Source of the DNA: a virus
Lineage: Duplodnaviria; Caudoviricetes
Length of the DNA: 64,000 bases
Reading direction: 5' to 3' (one strand)
Virus record (IMG/VR): IMGVR_UViG_2593339203_000002
Location: 1-64,000 of that record
In this document: positions 46,649-56,100 of the stretch, piece after piece
Layout of the letters: each line of letters begins with the position of its first letter
Numbering within the stretch: the first letter of the stretch is position 1
The notes under the pieces: generated by a model
What the model saw: the letters and a program-made list of their open reading frames with translations, nothing else
The model's database searches: none
Told to the model about the DNA's origin: nothing
Made by a program: the position numbers and the translations under genes

Positions 46649-47152
46649 TCAGGGCAGGAGCGGGCCCACGGGGTCCACCACGGCGTACGCCTCCCCGAGC
46701 TCCCGCCACACCCGGCCCCGGAGGTCCTGGCGCGCCTCCTCCCCGAGCATCCACCACAACGCCCCGGAGACGGGGAGGTGATACGAGCGCGTCCCGCCCT
46801 CCGCCGGCGTGGTGCCGCAGAGGGTGACCACGTCCGCGCCGTCCTCCAGCGGGGCGTGGACGTGCCGCTCACTGACCTCCCGGCCATCGGCCAGGGCCGC
46901 GGCCACCCGGGCAAGCGCAGTCGGGCCGAAGCCACGGATGTCCAGGAGCGCGTGGCCCTTGACCGCGCCCACCCACGGCACGGGCCGCTCATACTCCGCC
47001 CGCAGCGCCTCCACGTCCTCGATGCCCTCACGGCGCAGCGCCCGCGCGTACCGGTACGCGTACTCATCGCCGCCGAGGAGGTCCCCCAACACTCGGTTCG
47101 TCGGGTCCGGGGCAGCGGGCCGGGCCGGGCGTCGCTCCGTCTCATGACTCAT
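46649..47152 (-). CDS. Protein with RNA polymerase alpha-CTD/HhH-like domain
   Basis: ARALRREGIEDVEAL...LLDIRGFGPTALARV. Confidence 0.5.
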   Translation of the reverse strand: MSHETERRPARPAAPDPTNRVLGDLLGGDEYAYRYARALRREGIEDVEALRAEYERPVPWVGAVKGHALLDIRGFGPTALARVAAALADGREVSERHVHAPLEDGADVVTLCGTTPAEGGTRSYHLPVSGALWWMLGEEARQDLRGRVWRELGEAYAVVDPVGPLLP

Positions 47153-47174
47153 GCCGGGAGCGTAGCCGTGGCCG

Positions 47175-47555
47175 TCAGGCTCCTTCGAAGGTGACCAGCT
47201 CCGCGTCCCCGTCCAGCCGGATCGCCATACGGTGCCCGCACTCCTGGTACACGGCGACGGCGTACCGCCCTTCCCCCGGGCCGCCCTCAATTTCGTGGCT
47301 CATCAGCCCTTGATTGACGTCCGGGCATAGGGGACACCCCCGCTCCAGCGCGGCCCGGCGAATGTTCGCCGGAGTGTCAGCGGGAATGAGGAGCGTCCCG
47401 CCGTTGAGTACCTGGCCCCCCTCGCCCACGGAGTACAGCAGGAGCTCGCGGCCGTGGTCCGTCTCCAGCTCCACCGTGTCCATCGGAGGCGCGGGGCGGA
47501 AAGCGCCCTCCGCCATGGCCTCGAACGCGCGGACGAGGTCCTGGTCATCGCTCAT
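47175..47555 (-). CDS. Hypothetical protein (CPLC...CGH)
   Basis: Leaderless-type TACGCT-N6-ATG start. Confidence 0.55.
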   Translation of the reverse strand: MSDDQDLVRAFEAMAEGAFRPAPPMDTVELETDHGRELLLYSVGEGGQVLNGGTLLIPADTPANIRRAALERGCPLCPDVNQGLMSHEIEGGPGEGRYAVAVYQECGHRMAIRLDGDAELVTFEGA

Positions 47556-47826
47556 GCCGTGAGCGTAGCCGCACCTGAGTTGCTGCGGGGTTGTCTCAGT
47601 TCGTCCCACCGGCTCCGCCCCGGGGCCGCGGTCCGCTACGGTCGTTCCACCACCGCAAGACGGCCCTCCTTCGGCCGGCCCTGCTCGTGGCTCCAACCGG
47701 GCCGGGGTCCGGCTCCTCGCTCTTCCTGTTGGTGCAGGAAGGGGCCGCGCCCCGGCTTGAGCCGTCATCAGCACACCGCCCACTCCCGTACGCTTCCCGG
47801 CCGCGTCACGACGGAGAGGGGCAGAC

Positions 47827-48537
47827 ATGAGCGGCGGAGGCTTCGACTACCTCCACGAGCACGCCGGGACGCTGGACGCGCTCGCGGCCCGGCGGTCCAC
47901 CGTGCAGTCCGTGGGGGACTATCTCGTGGCCCTGGACGTCCTCGGCTACGGCGACACCGACCGGGCCGGCCGGGACACCCTGGAGCTCGCCCGGCTCCTC
48001 CGCCGGTGGGAGCGCCACGCCGTGGCCCACGCCGCGCCCCTCCTGGCCGTCTGGCGGGTAGCGGACCGCGTGGAGTCCGGCGACGCCGGGGAGGCCGAGC
48101 TCCGCGCGGCCACCGCCGGGTACGCCGCTCGGCAGGTCTCACCCGGACGGCGCCCCGTGGACGACCCGGCCGGCTACCTGCGGGACGCCCTGGCCACCCA
48201 CGAGCGCAGTGAGCGTGACCGCCGCACCCTCCACCCCGGCGCCCCTGACATCGAGCTCACCTACCGCCACGGCGCGATGGAGTGGGCCACGGAAGACGGC
48301 CAGGTCCTCACGGCCGAGTGGTGGGAGCAGCACTCCGACTCCGCCGCGGACCCGTTCGTCCTCGCCCTCATCGCCTCCATGCGGGACCTCCTGGACGACT
48401 ACGACCAGGACGCCGCACTCCTCAAGACGTTGGACCCTGCCGGGGAGGCGTACGGCATGACGGTGAAGGGCCAGGCCGTCCGCGCCGGGATCATCCGCCA
48501 GTGGGCCGCCGCGTACGCTGCCCGGCAGGAGGGATGA
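47827..48537 (+). CDS. Hypothetical phage protein
   Basis: GGAGAGGG RBS; MSGGGFDYL N-terminus. Confidence 0.65.
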   Translation: MSGGGFDYLHEHAGTLDALAARRSTVQSVGDYLVALDVLGYGDTDRAGRDTLELARLLRRWERHAVAHAAPLLAVWRVADRVESGDAGEAELRAATAGYAARQVSPGRRPVDDPAGYLRDALATHERSERDRRTLHPGAPDIELTYRHGAMEWATEDGQVLTAEWWEQHSDSAADPFVLALIASMRDLLDDYDQDAALLKTLDPAGEAYGMTVKGQAVRAGIIRQWAAAYAARQEG

Positions 48538-48764
48538 CCGTGGAGCAGGAGTACGCCCCCGGCGGCCTGGTGCCGCCCGCCCCGACCGCCGGCCGGTTCA
48601 ACGGGCCCGTGGTGTTCGTGCCGCTCGGCTACGGTCCCGCGGTCGCCGCCCGGGCCGCGCGCCTGGCGCTCCTCCACGGCGTGGAGGAGGCGGAGGCCTA
48701 CGTGAACGAGGCCGCCGCGTCACGGCCTACTCCCCGGGGTACGGACCGACGTCCTCCCGGGTGA
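48534..48764 (+). CDS. Small hypothetical protein
   Basis: GGAGG RBS, ATGA coupling. Confidence 0.45.
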   Translation: MTVEQEYAPGGLVPPAPTAGRFNGPVVFVPLGYGPAVAARAARLALLHGVEEAEAYVNEAAASRPTPRGTDRRPPG

Positions 48765-48954
48765 CCACGGTCACGGGGAGCTCGGCGTCCCCGGACGGCC
48801 GGCGGGCGATCCCGCGCCACGTCTCCCGGACGTCCTCCGGGGCGACCTCCCACGCGATGGCGGCCACGGGGGCGTGCCACCAGCGGGTCCCGTTGTCCAC
48901 GCAGAGCGTGACGCAGTCGGGCGGGACGTCCAGGGGGGTATGGGTGTGGCTCAT
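48727..48954 (-). CDS. Small hypothetical protein
   Basis: GAAAGG RBS. Confidence 0.45.
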   Translation of the reverse strand: MSHTHTPLDVPPDCVTLCVDNGTRWWHAPVAAIAWEVAPEDVRETWRGIARRPSGDAELPVTVVTREDVGPYPGE

Positions 48955-49045
48955 CAGACACCTTTCGGAGAGTGTGATCAGGTCGTGGACCTCGATAGGC
49001 CGGCGTCCACGGCCCGGCAGCGGGCGGCCCCAGTCGCACCAGCCG

Positions 49046-49264
49046 CTAAAGGTCTTGTGTCCAGCGGCAGCCACGCGCGGGGCAGTAGAGGTACCTGCCG
49101 CCGTTCGATCCGTCCTCTGACAGGACGCGCCCCCTTCCGCAGGCGGGGCAGCGGTCGCCGTGCCGAGCCTCTGGAAGATCGCCGGCTGACTCCTCATGCC
49201 GAGTTTCAACCGTGGCGGGGTTCAGCCCAAGGACTCGCCGAATGACGCGCTCCAAGCCGCTCAT
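49046..49264 (-). CDS. Small zinc-ribbon protein
   Basis: CPACG...YLYC....C; coupled to the upstream gene. Confidence 0.55.
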   Translation of the reverse strand: MSGLERVIRRVLGLNPATVETRHEESAGDLPEARHGDRCPACGRGRVLSEDGSNGGRYLYCPARGCRWTQDL

Positions 49265-49725
49265 GACTGCCCCTCCTGGTGGGCCGTCTCGTTGAAGGTG
49301 TACACGTCGAGCACCGCCTCCAGCTCCTCATCGTGGTCCATGCATGAGCGGAACGGGCACGGTAGGTCCTCCGTGGGCGGGGCGGTGAGCGCGGCCCGGG
49401 CGGCGGACACTACCTCCGCGGGCTCCGGCACTAGGGAGCGGCACGCGGTGACGGAGGCGCCGCACACGTCACCGGCCGGTCCCCACCCCACGGACCAGCC
49501 GGCCTCATCGGTCCATAGGAGGGAGACCTCCTGGTCCCCGTACGCCCGCCAGGTGGCGCGCATGTCGAGGTCGAGGACGGCCCGGCGAAGGAGGACCAAG
49601 TCCGCTTCCTCGTCGTGGGGGTAGGACACGGCGCTCACGGGGACGTCGGCGGCGGCGAGGGCGGCGGCCACGGCCCGGATGTAGGCGCGGTGGGTGAGCT
49701 GGTCCGGAAGGTCGAGCAGAGGCAT
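49261..49725 (-). CDS. DUF6292-like hypothetical protein
   Basis: HRAYIRAVA.AL...LLWTDEAGWS; AGGAG RBS. Confidence 0.55.
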   Translation of the reverse strand: MPLLDLPDQLTHRAYIRAVAAALAAADVPVSAVSYPHDEEADLVLLRRAVLDLDMRATWRAYGDQEVSLLWTDEAGWSVGWGPAGDVCGASVTACRSLVPEPAEVVSAARAALTAPPTEDLPCPFRSCMDHDEELEAVLDVYTFNETAHQEGQS

Positions 49726-50054
49726 GAGGGCACTCCTGTGGAGTCGTTCCTCGCCCGGCCCGCAACCAGCAGCGTAAGAGCCTGCCCGGCGTTCCAGCGC
49801 GGGCGGCAGAGCCACCGTAGCGCGTAACCGGCCGGGCGTGGGGGAGAACGGCCGCGGTCCCCGGACCGGGAGGGCACGGGGACCGCAGGGTGGAAGGGCG
49901 CCGCCCCCCTTGCGAGGACCAGGGCGGTGCCTTCCGGCGGGGCGGGCGGCGGCCAGTGGGGCGCGTACTCCCACGCCGTCCGGACACTGCATCGGCATAA
50001 CCGCCGGGGCCCCGTGCCCGCACCCTACCGGAATTCCCGGAGCATTCCGCCGCG

Positions 50055-50157
50055 GAATTGATCAGAATTACTACGCGCTAAACCCCCGAATTGATCGAAA
50101 GAGTGGCCGTGACCAGCGGATTTGCCTGCCCTGACGCTCTCCGCATTGGCCTATGAT
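50055..50157 (+). promoter_or_regulatory. Control region of the head operon
   Basis: ACTACGCGCTA (50070-50080) flanked by GAATTGATC direct repeats (50055, 50088); TATGAT at 50152. Confidence 0.6.
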
Positions 50158-50180
50158 GCGGCGCCGAACATCGGCGGATC

Positions 50181-50534
50181 ATGCAAGGGGCGGAAATGAT
50201 CGGAATTCCGGAGATCGGCATCCTGGCACTCGCCGGATATCGGCTCACACAGCTCGGCGTTCATGACGCCATCCTGGACCCCGCACGAGACCGGGTATTC
50301 GACTGGCAGACACGCCGCCCGGAGTCCTCCGTGAGGGCCTTTCTCGTCACCCTCATCTCCTGCGTGTACTGCCTCGGCTGGTGGCTCTCCGGCGCCGTCC
50401 TGGCCGCCTACCTCCTCACCACCGACCAGTGGACCGGAACCCCCCTCCTCCTCCACGGCCTGGAATGGCTGGCCGTCGCCGGCGGCGCCGTCCTCCTCAA
50501 CCGCTGGGACGACTCCCGCAAGGACGCATCGTGA
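50181..50534 (+). CDS. DUF1360-like membrane protein
   Basis: YRLT.L...D.I....R...LISCVYCLGWW. Confidence 0.7.
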   Translation: MQGAEMIGIPEIGILALAGYRLTQLGVHDAILDPARDRVFDWQTRRPESSVRAFLVTLISCVYCLGWWLSGAVLAAYLLTTDQWTGTPLLLHGLEWLAVAGGAVLLNRWDDSRKDAS

Positions 50535-52270
50535 CCGCCGCCGCGCCCCGCCGCGTCATCACGGCCGCCGCCTCCCGATACACCTCCCGCAAGCTCAAGG
50601 GCAACACGAAGAAACCGGACTCCGGCTGGCAGGAACGCGCCTGGACGTTCTACGACACCACCCCCGAGGTCCGGTTCGCCGCACAGTGGGTGTCCGGCGC
50701 CATGAGCGCGGCCACCCTCTACGCCGGCCGCCTCGCCGACGACGGGAAGACGGTGGAGCCGGTCCCGGACACCCACCCGGCCGCGGAGATCGTCGCCCAG
50801 ATCGCCGGAGGCCCCGAGGGACAGGCGCAGTTGCTCAGCGCGTTCGGCCCCCACCTGGTGGTCCCCGGGGAGGGCTGGATCGTCGTCCGGCCACGTGAGA
50901 AAGGCGGCCAGGACTGGCACGTCCTCTCCGTCCAGGAGATGCGCCAGCAGGGACAGAAACTCCTCGCGGAGATCGACGGGGAGGAGGTCGAGATCCCGCC
51001 GGCCGACCCGGACGGCACCGCCGACGACTCGGCCCCCGTGGGCATCCGTGTGTGGCAGCCGCACCCCCGCCGCTTCCTGGAGGCCGACTCCCCGGTACGC
51101 GCCTCCCTCGGCCTCCTGGAAGAGCTCCAGCTCCTCAACGCCGCGGTGGCCGCCATCGCCCGCTCCCGCCTCACCGGCCGCGGCGTCCTCCTGGTCCCGC
51201 AGGGCACCCGCTTCCCCTCCACCCCCGTCCAGGGCAACGCCGAGGACGACCTGATCGAGGTGTTCATGGAGGTGGCGGAGACCGCCTACCGCGAGCCCGA
51301 GAGCGCGGCGGCCACGGTCCCGATCATCCTGGAGGTGCCGGCCGAGTCCATCGGCGCCATCAAGCGCCTCACGTTCGAAAGCGACTTTGACGAGCTCGCC
51401 CTGAAGCTGAGGGACGAGGCCATCCGCCGCTTCGCCACCGGCCTGGACACGCCCGCAGAGGTCGTGCTCGGCATGGGCGGCATCAACCACTGGGGCGCCT
51501 GGGCCTTGAAGGAGGAGGCGGTCACGCTCGGGGTGGAACCCCGCCTCAACACCGTTGCCCACGCCCTGACCACACAGTGGCTCCGTCCGCTCCTCCAGGA
51601 CGTGGACGAGGAGGAGGCGGAGCGGTGCGTCGTCGTCGCCGACACCTCCGGCCTCCGCGTCCGCGCCAACCGGTCCGCGACCGCGCTGGAGGTCTTCAAG
51701 GCCGGCGCGATCTCCGCCGCCGCGCTCCGCCGGGAGACCGGGTTCGACGAGAGCGACGCCCCCACCGCCGAGGAGGAGGCCGCCCGCCGCCGCGAGGAGG
51801 AGAACCAGGAGCAGCCCGGCCAGGAGGAGGGCGAGGAGGAGACGGACGTCCCCGTGGACGAGAGCGAGGAGGCCCCGGACACCCTCCCCGCCTCCGCCGC
51901 CGGACACCTCCCGTCCGCCGTCCTGGAGGCCGCGGACGGCCTGATCTGGACCGCGCTCTCCGTCGCCGGGGAAAAGCTCCGCAAGACGCCGGCCTGCCCG
52001 CGCTCCGAGCGGTCGAAGGCCCGCGAGATCGAGCCCGCCCGCCTCCACACCGTCATCCGCGTGGAGCCCGGCCAGGTCGAACAGTGGCGGCTCCTGGAAG
52101 GCGCCTGGTCCCGCCTCCCGGAGGTCGCCACCCGCTACGGCCTGGACCCGGATTGCCTCTCCGCCTCCCTGGAGACGTACTGCCGGGAGCTCATCACCGC
52201 CGGGATCGGCCACGACTTCGACCTGACCCCGGGCGCGCTACGCACCTCATGCCTGGCGGTGGCCGCATGA
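50531..52270 (+). CDS. Portal protein
   Basis: WQERAW.FY...PEVRFA, VW.PHP....ADSP, NHW.AW; position between terminase and head genes. Confidence 0.75.
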   Translation: MTAAAPRRVITAAASRYTSRKLKGNTKKPDSGWQERAWTFYDTTPEVRFAAQWVSGAMSAATLYAGRLADDGKTVEPVPDTHPAAEIVAQIAGGPEGQAQLLSAFGPHLVVPGEGWIVVRPREKGGQDWHVLSVQEMRQQGQKLLAEIDGEEVEIPPADPDGTADDSAPVGIRVWQPHPRRFLEADSPVRASLGLLEELQLLNAAVAAIARSRLTGRGVLLVPQGTRFPSTPVQGNAEDDLIEVFMEVAETAYREPESAAATVPIILEVPAESIGAIKRLTFESDFDELALKLRDEAIRRFATGLDTPAEVVLGMGGINHWGAWALKEEAVTLGVEPRLNTVAHALTTQWLRPLLQDVDEEEAERCVVVADTSGLRVRANRSATALEVFKAGAISAAALRRETGFDESDAPTAEEEAARRREEENQEQPGQEEGEEETDVPVDESEEAPDTLPASAAGHLPSAVLEAADGLIWTALSVAGEKLRKTPACPRSERSKAREIEPARLHTVIRVEPGQVEQWRLLEGAWSRLPEVATRYGLDPDCLSASLETYCRELITAGIGHDFDLTPGALRTSCLAVAA

Positions 52271-52482
52271 CACCCCGCCCTCGGCCGTCGTCCCCGCGCC
52301 CGTTCCCGGTCCTCACCGTCTACGTGACGGCCGGCACCGCGCGCCCGGACTGGTGCCACGTCTGCAAGGCATACACCCGGTTCACCGGGGACGTCCTCCT
52401 CCTCACCCCGGAGGGCGTGTCCGTCGTCGGCTCCTACGCCGGGTGCGAGATCTGCGACGAGCCGGAGGAACACCGTGGATGA
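52267..52482 (+). CDS. Small CxxC...CxxC protein
   Basis: ATGA coupling. Confidence 0.5.
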   Translation: MTPRPRPSSPRPFPVLTVYVTAGTARPDWCHVCKAYTRFTGDVLLLTPEGVSVVGSYAGCEICDEPEEHRG

Positions 52483-52735
52483 GCTGCCCTTCCTGATCAA
52501 AGAGGCGTCGGCCGAGCACGCTGCCAACCGCGTGAGCCTGATTGAGGAGGCCGGCACGGTGGCGATGGCCCACTTCGACACCCTCGCCCCGGGGTACGCG
52601 AGCGTGTACGTCACGCTGACGGCCCGCACGACGTACGGCACGGCGATGCTCGGCCAGTGGGGGTTCAGGCGCTCCGCTGACGGTGCGGTGACTCTCATCG
52701 GAGCGCTCCCGGATACGGAGGCCGCCCGTGTCTGA
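52475..52735 (+). CDS. Hypothetical protein
   Basis: GGAGGA RBS. Confidence 0.5.
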   Translation: MDELPFLIKEASAEHAANRVSLIEEAGTVAMAHFDTLAPGYASVYVTLTARTTYGTAMLGQWGFRRSADGAVTLIGALPDTEAARV

Positions 52736-53150
52736 CCAGACCACCGCGCCGAACGGCCGGCCCCTGGACCACACCGGGCCGCCCGGGCACTGGAGGCCCG
52801 CTCACCGCGTACACGGCTGGTGCTCCGCGTGCCCTGGCATCGAGCCGTGGGAGGAGCTGGTGGCGTGGCGCCTCTGGGAGGACGAGCGCCACCGCAACGC
52901 CCGCCCCGAGACACCGGCAGGGGATGACTACCCCGGGCCGGAGGAGCCCGAGGACACGGAGCTGCCGTTCTTCGTGGACTCGACCGTCAAGCCGGAGCGG
53001 TGCCCGGTGTGCCGCGCGGAGGTTCCCTCCGCGCTGGTCTCCACGTTCACGGTCACCACCGGAGCCGGCACGTACACGATCGGCTCCTTCACCTACTGCC
53101 TCACTTGCAAGGCATCCCCCCTCACGCGCCCGGAGGTTACCCATGGCTGA
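52728..53150 (+). CDS. Zinc-ribbon hypothetical protein
   Basis: CSAC, CPVC, CLTC. Confidence 0.5.
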   Translation: MSDQTTAPNGRPLDHTGPPGHWRPAHRVHGWCSACPGIEPWEELVAWRLWEDERHRNARPETPAGDDYPGPEEPEDTELPFFVDSTVKPERCPVCRAEVPSALVSTFTVTTGAGTYTIGSFTYCLTCKASPLTRPEVTHG

Positions 53151-56100
53151 CGGAGAGGCCTCGCTCCAGGAGGCGGAGGCCGAGGTGGGGCGCACCGTCC
53201 GCAACGTCCTACGCGAGGTGGCCGCAGAGTTCACCGACGCCGTACGGGACGCGGATGAGCTGGTGGCCGCCCGGTTCTCCGTCGGCTCCATCGCCCGCAT
53301 GTGGACGTCCCGCGTCCCCCGGATCGTCCGAAAGCTCCTCGGCGTCTCCGAGACCGCCGCCAACGAGGCCGCCGGTGACGTGGGCGGGGAGCTGGACGAC
53401 ACCTGGCGCGACCTCCCGGGCCGGTACGACGACGGCCGGGAACTCCCCCCGGGCATGGGCCAGTACGTGGAGACCACGGAACACCTCCTCCGCGCCGTGG
53501 GAGACCGCCTGGCCGACGTGGCCCGGGAAGAGCTCGCGGCGGGGGTGGAGGCCGGGGAGGACGTGGACCAGCTCCGGGACCGGCTCCGTGCCCGGTTCGC
53601 CGCGGACGGCGCGCAGCTCGGCCGCGCCCGCCAGGAGCGCACCGCCGCCACGGAGGCCTCCCGCGCCTGGAACACCGCCACCCTGGAGGCCGGCCGCGCC
53701 CTCACCGGCCCGGACCGCCCCCTGGTCAAGCAGTGGCGCACCCGCGGGGACCGGAAGGTCCGGGACGCGCATGACGACGTAGACGGGCAACTCCGGCTCC
53801 TGGACGAGCCGTTCCGTGTCGGCGGCCACGACATGGACGGCCCGGGCGACCCGACCGCCCCGGCCTCCCTGGTCGTGAACTGCCGGTGCCGTCTCCGCCT
53901 GGCCCGCGCCGAACGCGCCGCCCTCACCCCCCAGTCCGAAGACGACGGACGGGCGCCCTCTAACGAATCTCAGGAGGCGCCCGTGGGCGCACCTACGAAT
54001 GTGACCGCCGCAGCGGACGGGAGCCACCTCATGGGCGGCATGATCGCGCTCATCCCCACCGAGGAGGACGCCGCCCGCCTCGCCATCGAGGGCGGCGAGG
54101 ACGCCGGGGAGCTCCACCTCACCCTCTACTTCCTCGGGGACCAGGGCGGCGACTGGACACAGGACCAGCGCCAGGACCTCGCGGGCCGTGTCCGCTCCTG
54201 GCTCGCGGACCTCAGCGGCCCCGTCACCGGCCGGGCGTTCGGCGCGAACCACTGGAACGCCGGCAGCGATTCCCCGTCATGGGTGTGGGCCGTGGGAGAC
54301 GACCGGGACGCGGACGCACCCGGCCTCACCGACATTCACGACGCCATCACGGAGGCCCTGGAAGACACCCACGAGCGGCCGGAGCTCCCCCGCCAGCACT
54401 CCCCGTGGGTCCCGCACGTCTGCGCCGCCTACAGCGACGACCCCGCCCTCCTGGAGCAGCTGGAGGCGCGCCTAGGACCGATCACGTTCGACCGCGTACG
54501 CCTGGCCTTCGCCGGCGACCACATCGACATCCCCCTGACTCCCGAGGAGGAGCCCATGCCGGAAGAGGAGAGCGCGGCCGGAATGCCCACCCGCGCCTGG
54601 TCCACCCCCGGGGACACGGCCCTGGCCTTCGAGAACCAGACCACCGGCGACGGCCGCGTGTTCGCCCCAGGCGCCCTGGAGTGGACCGGGCCCGGCCCGT
54701 GGCCGCTCCAGTACGCCGACCAGATGCTCGGCGGCCACGAGGGCGCGGAGCTCGCCGGAGCCATCACCACCGTGAGCCGGGACGGCGACCGCATCCCCGG
54801 CGCCGGCGTCCTCTACCTCTCACAGCGCGCCGGCGCCGAGGCCGCGATGCTCCTGGAGGAGGAGGCCCCCCTCGGCGTGTCCGTCGACCTGGACGACGTG
54901 GACGTCGAGTTCGTGGACCGCACCCTGGAGGAAGGGGAGGACGGCGTCCTGGTCCTGGCCGCGTCCCTCGCCTCCGCGTCCGTCCTCCACATGGAAGACG
55001 GCGGCTGGTGCATCAGCGCCCACCCCGCCGTGGAGTGGGAGGCCTCCGCCGGCGTCCTCTCCCGGCAGCGGCCCACCGTCCAGCTCATCACCGGGCCCGG
55101 CGGCCAGGTCAACGCGTCCTCCATCGTCAACGCGTTCGCCGGTACCGGCCTCCTCCCCGACCGGATCATGGCCGCCGCCGGGGAGCCGGACGACCCGGAC
55201 GCCGGAGTGGTCGTCCACGCGGAGAACAGCGGGGACTTTTTGATCAGGATCACCCGCGCCCGGCTCCGCGGCGCCACCCTCGTATCCGTGCCCGCGTTCG
55301 CCGGCGCCCGCATCGTCCTGGACCCCCTGGAGGACGAGGAGGAGGCCCGGGCCGCGTCCGCCCGCGCGGCGCGCCTGGACGACATCACCGCGGCGTCCGG
55401 GGAGACCCGTAAGCGCGTCGTCACCTACGTCCGATCCTGCCCCGGCCCCGTCGGCGCCGCCGAGGTCGCCCGCGCGGTAAAGGTCTCCGTCTCCACGGCA
55501 CGCCGGCACCTCAACGAGGCCGTGAAGGAAGGCCACCTCGTCCGGCTCCGCCCGGGCCTCTACACCGGCGCCTCCTCCATCCCCGAGGGCCAGGAGGAAA
55601 CGGCCTCCGCCGCCCCCGCGGGCGCGCACGCGGCCGTGGGCGGGCCGCACCTCCACCCCGTCCCGGAGGAGGTCATGACGGACCTGGTGGCCTCCGCGTG
55701 GACGGCCATGCAGGACGCCGACCCCATGCCCGCCGCCTGGTTCGCGGAGCCCACGGAGGCCGAGCTCCCGGACGGGAGCGGCGGCGTCCACTACTCCGGA
55801 GGCCGGATCTACGGGTGGGTGGCCCGAGCCGGGGAGCCGCACGCCGGCCACCCCGGCCGCAACCTCACCGTGGAGTCCCTGGGGCAGCTGGACATGTCCC
55901 ACTTCCTCCGCGCCCGCTTCAAGCTGGACGACGGCACGTTCGTCAAGGCCGGCGCCTTCACCATGAACGTCCCGCACTCCCGGGACGGCGCCGAGTGCGA
56001 CACGGCCGCCTGCCAGTTCGACGACACCCGCACCGTCGCCGGAGTGATCACGACCGGCCTCAACGAACGCGGACTCTGGTTCTCCGGCGCGGCGGCCCCC

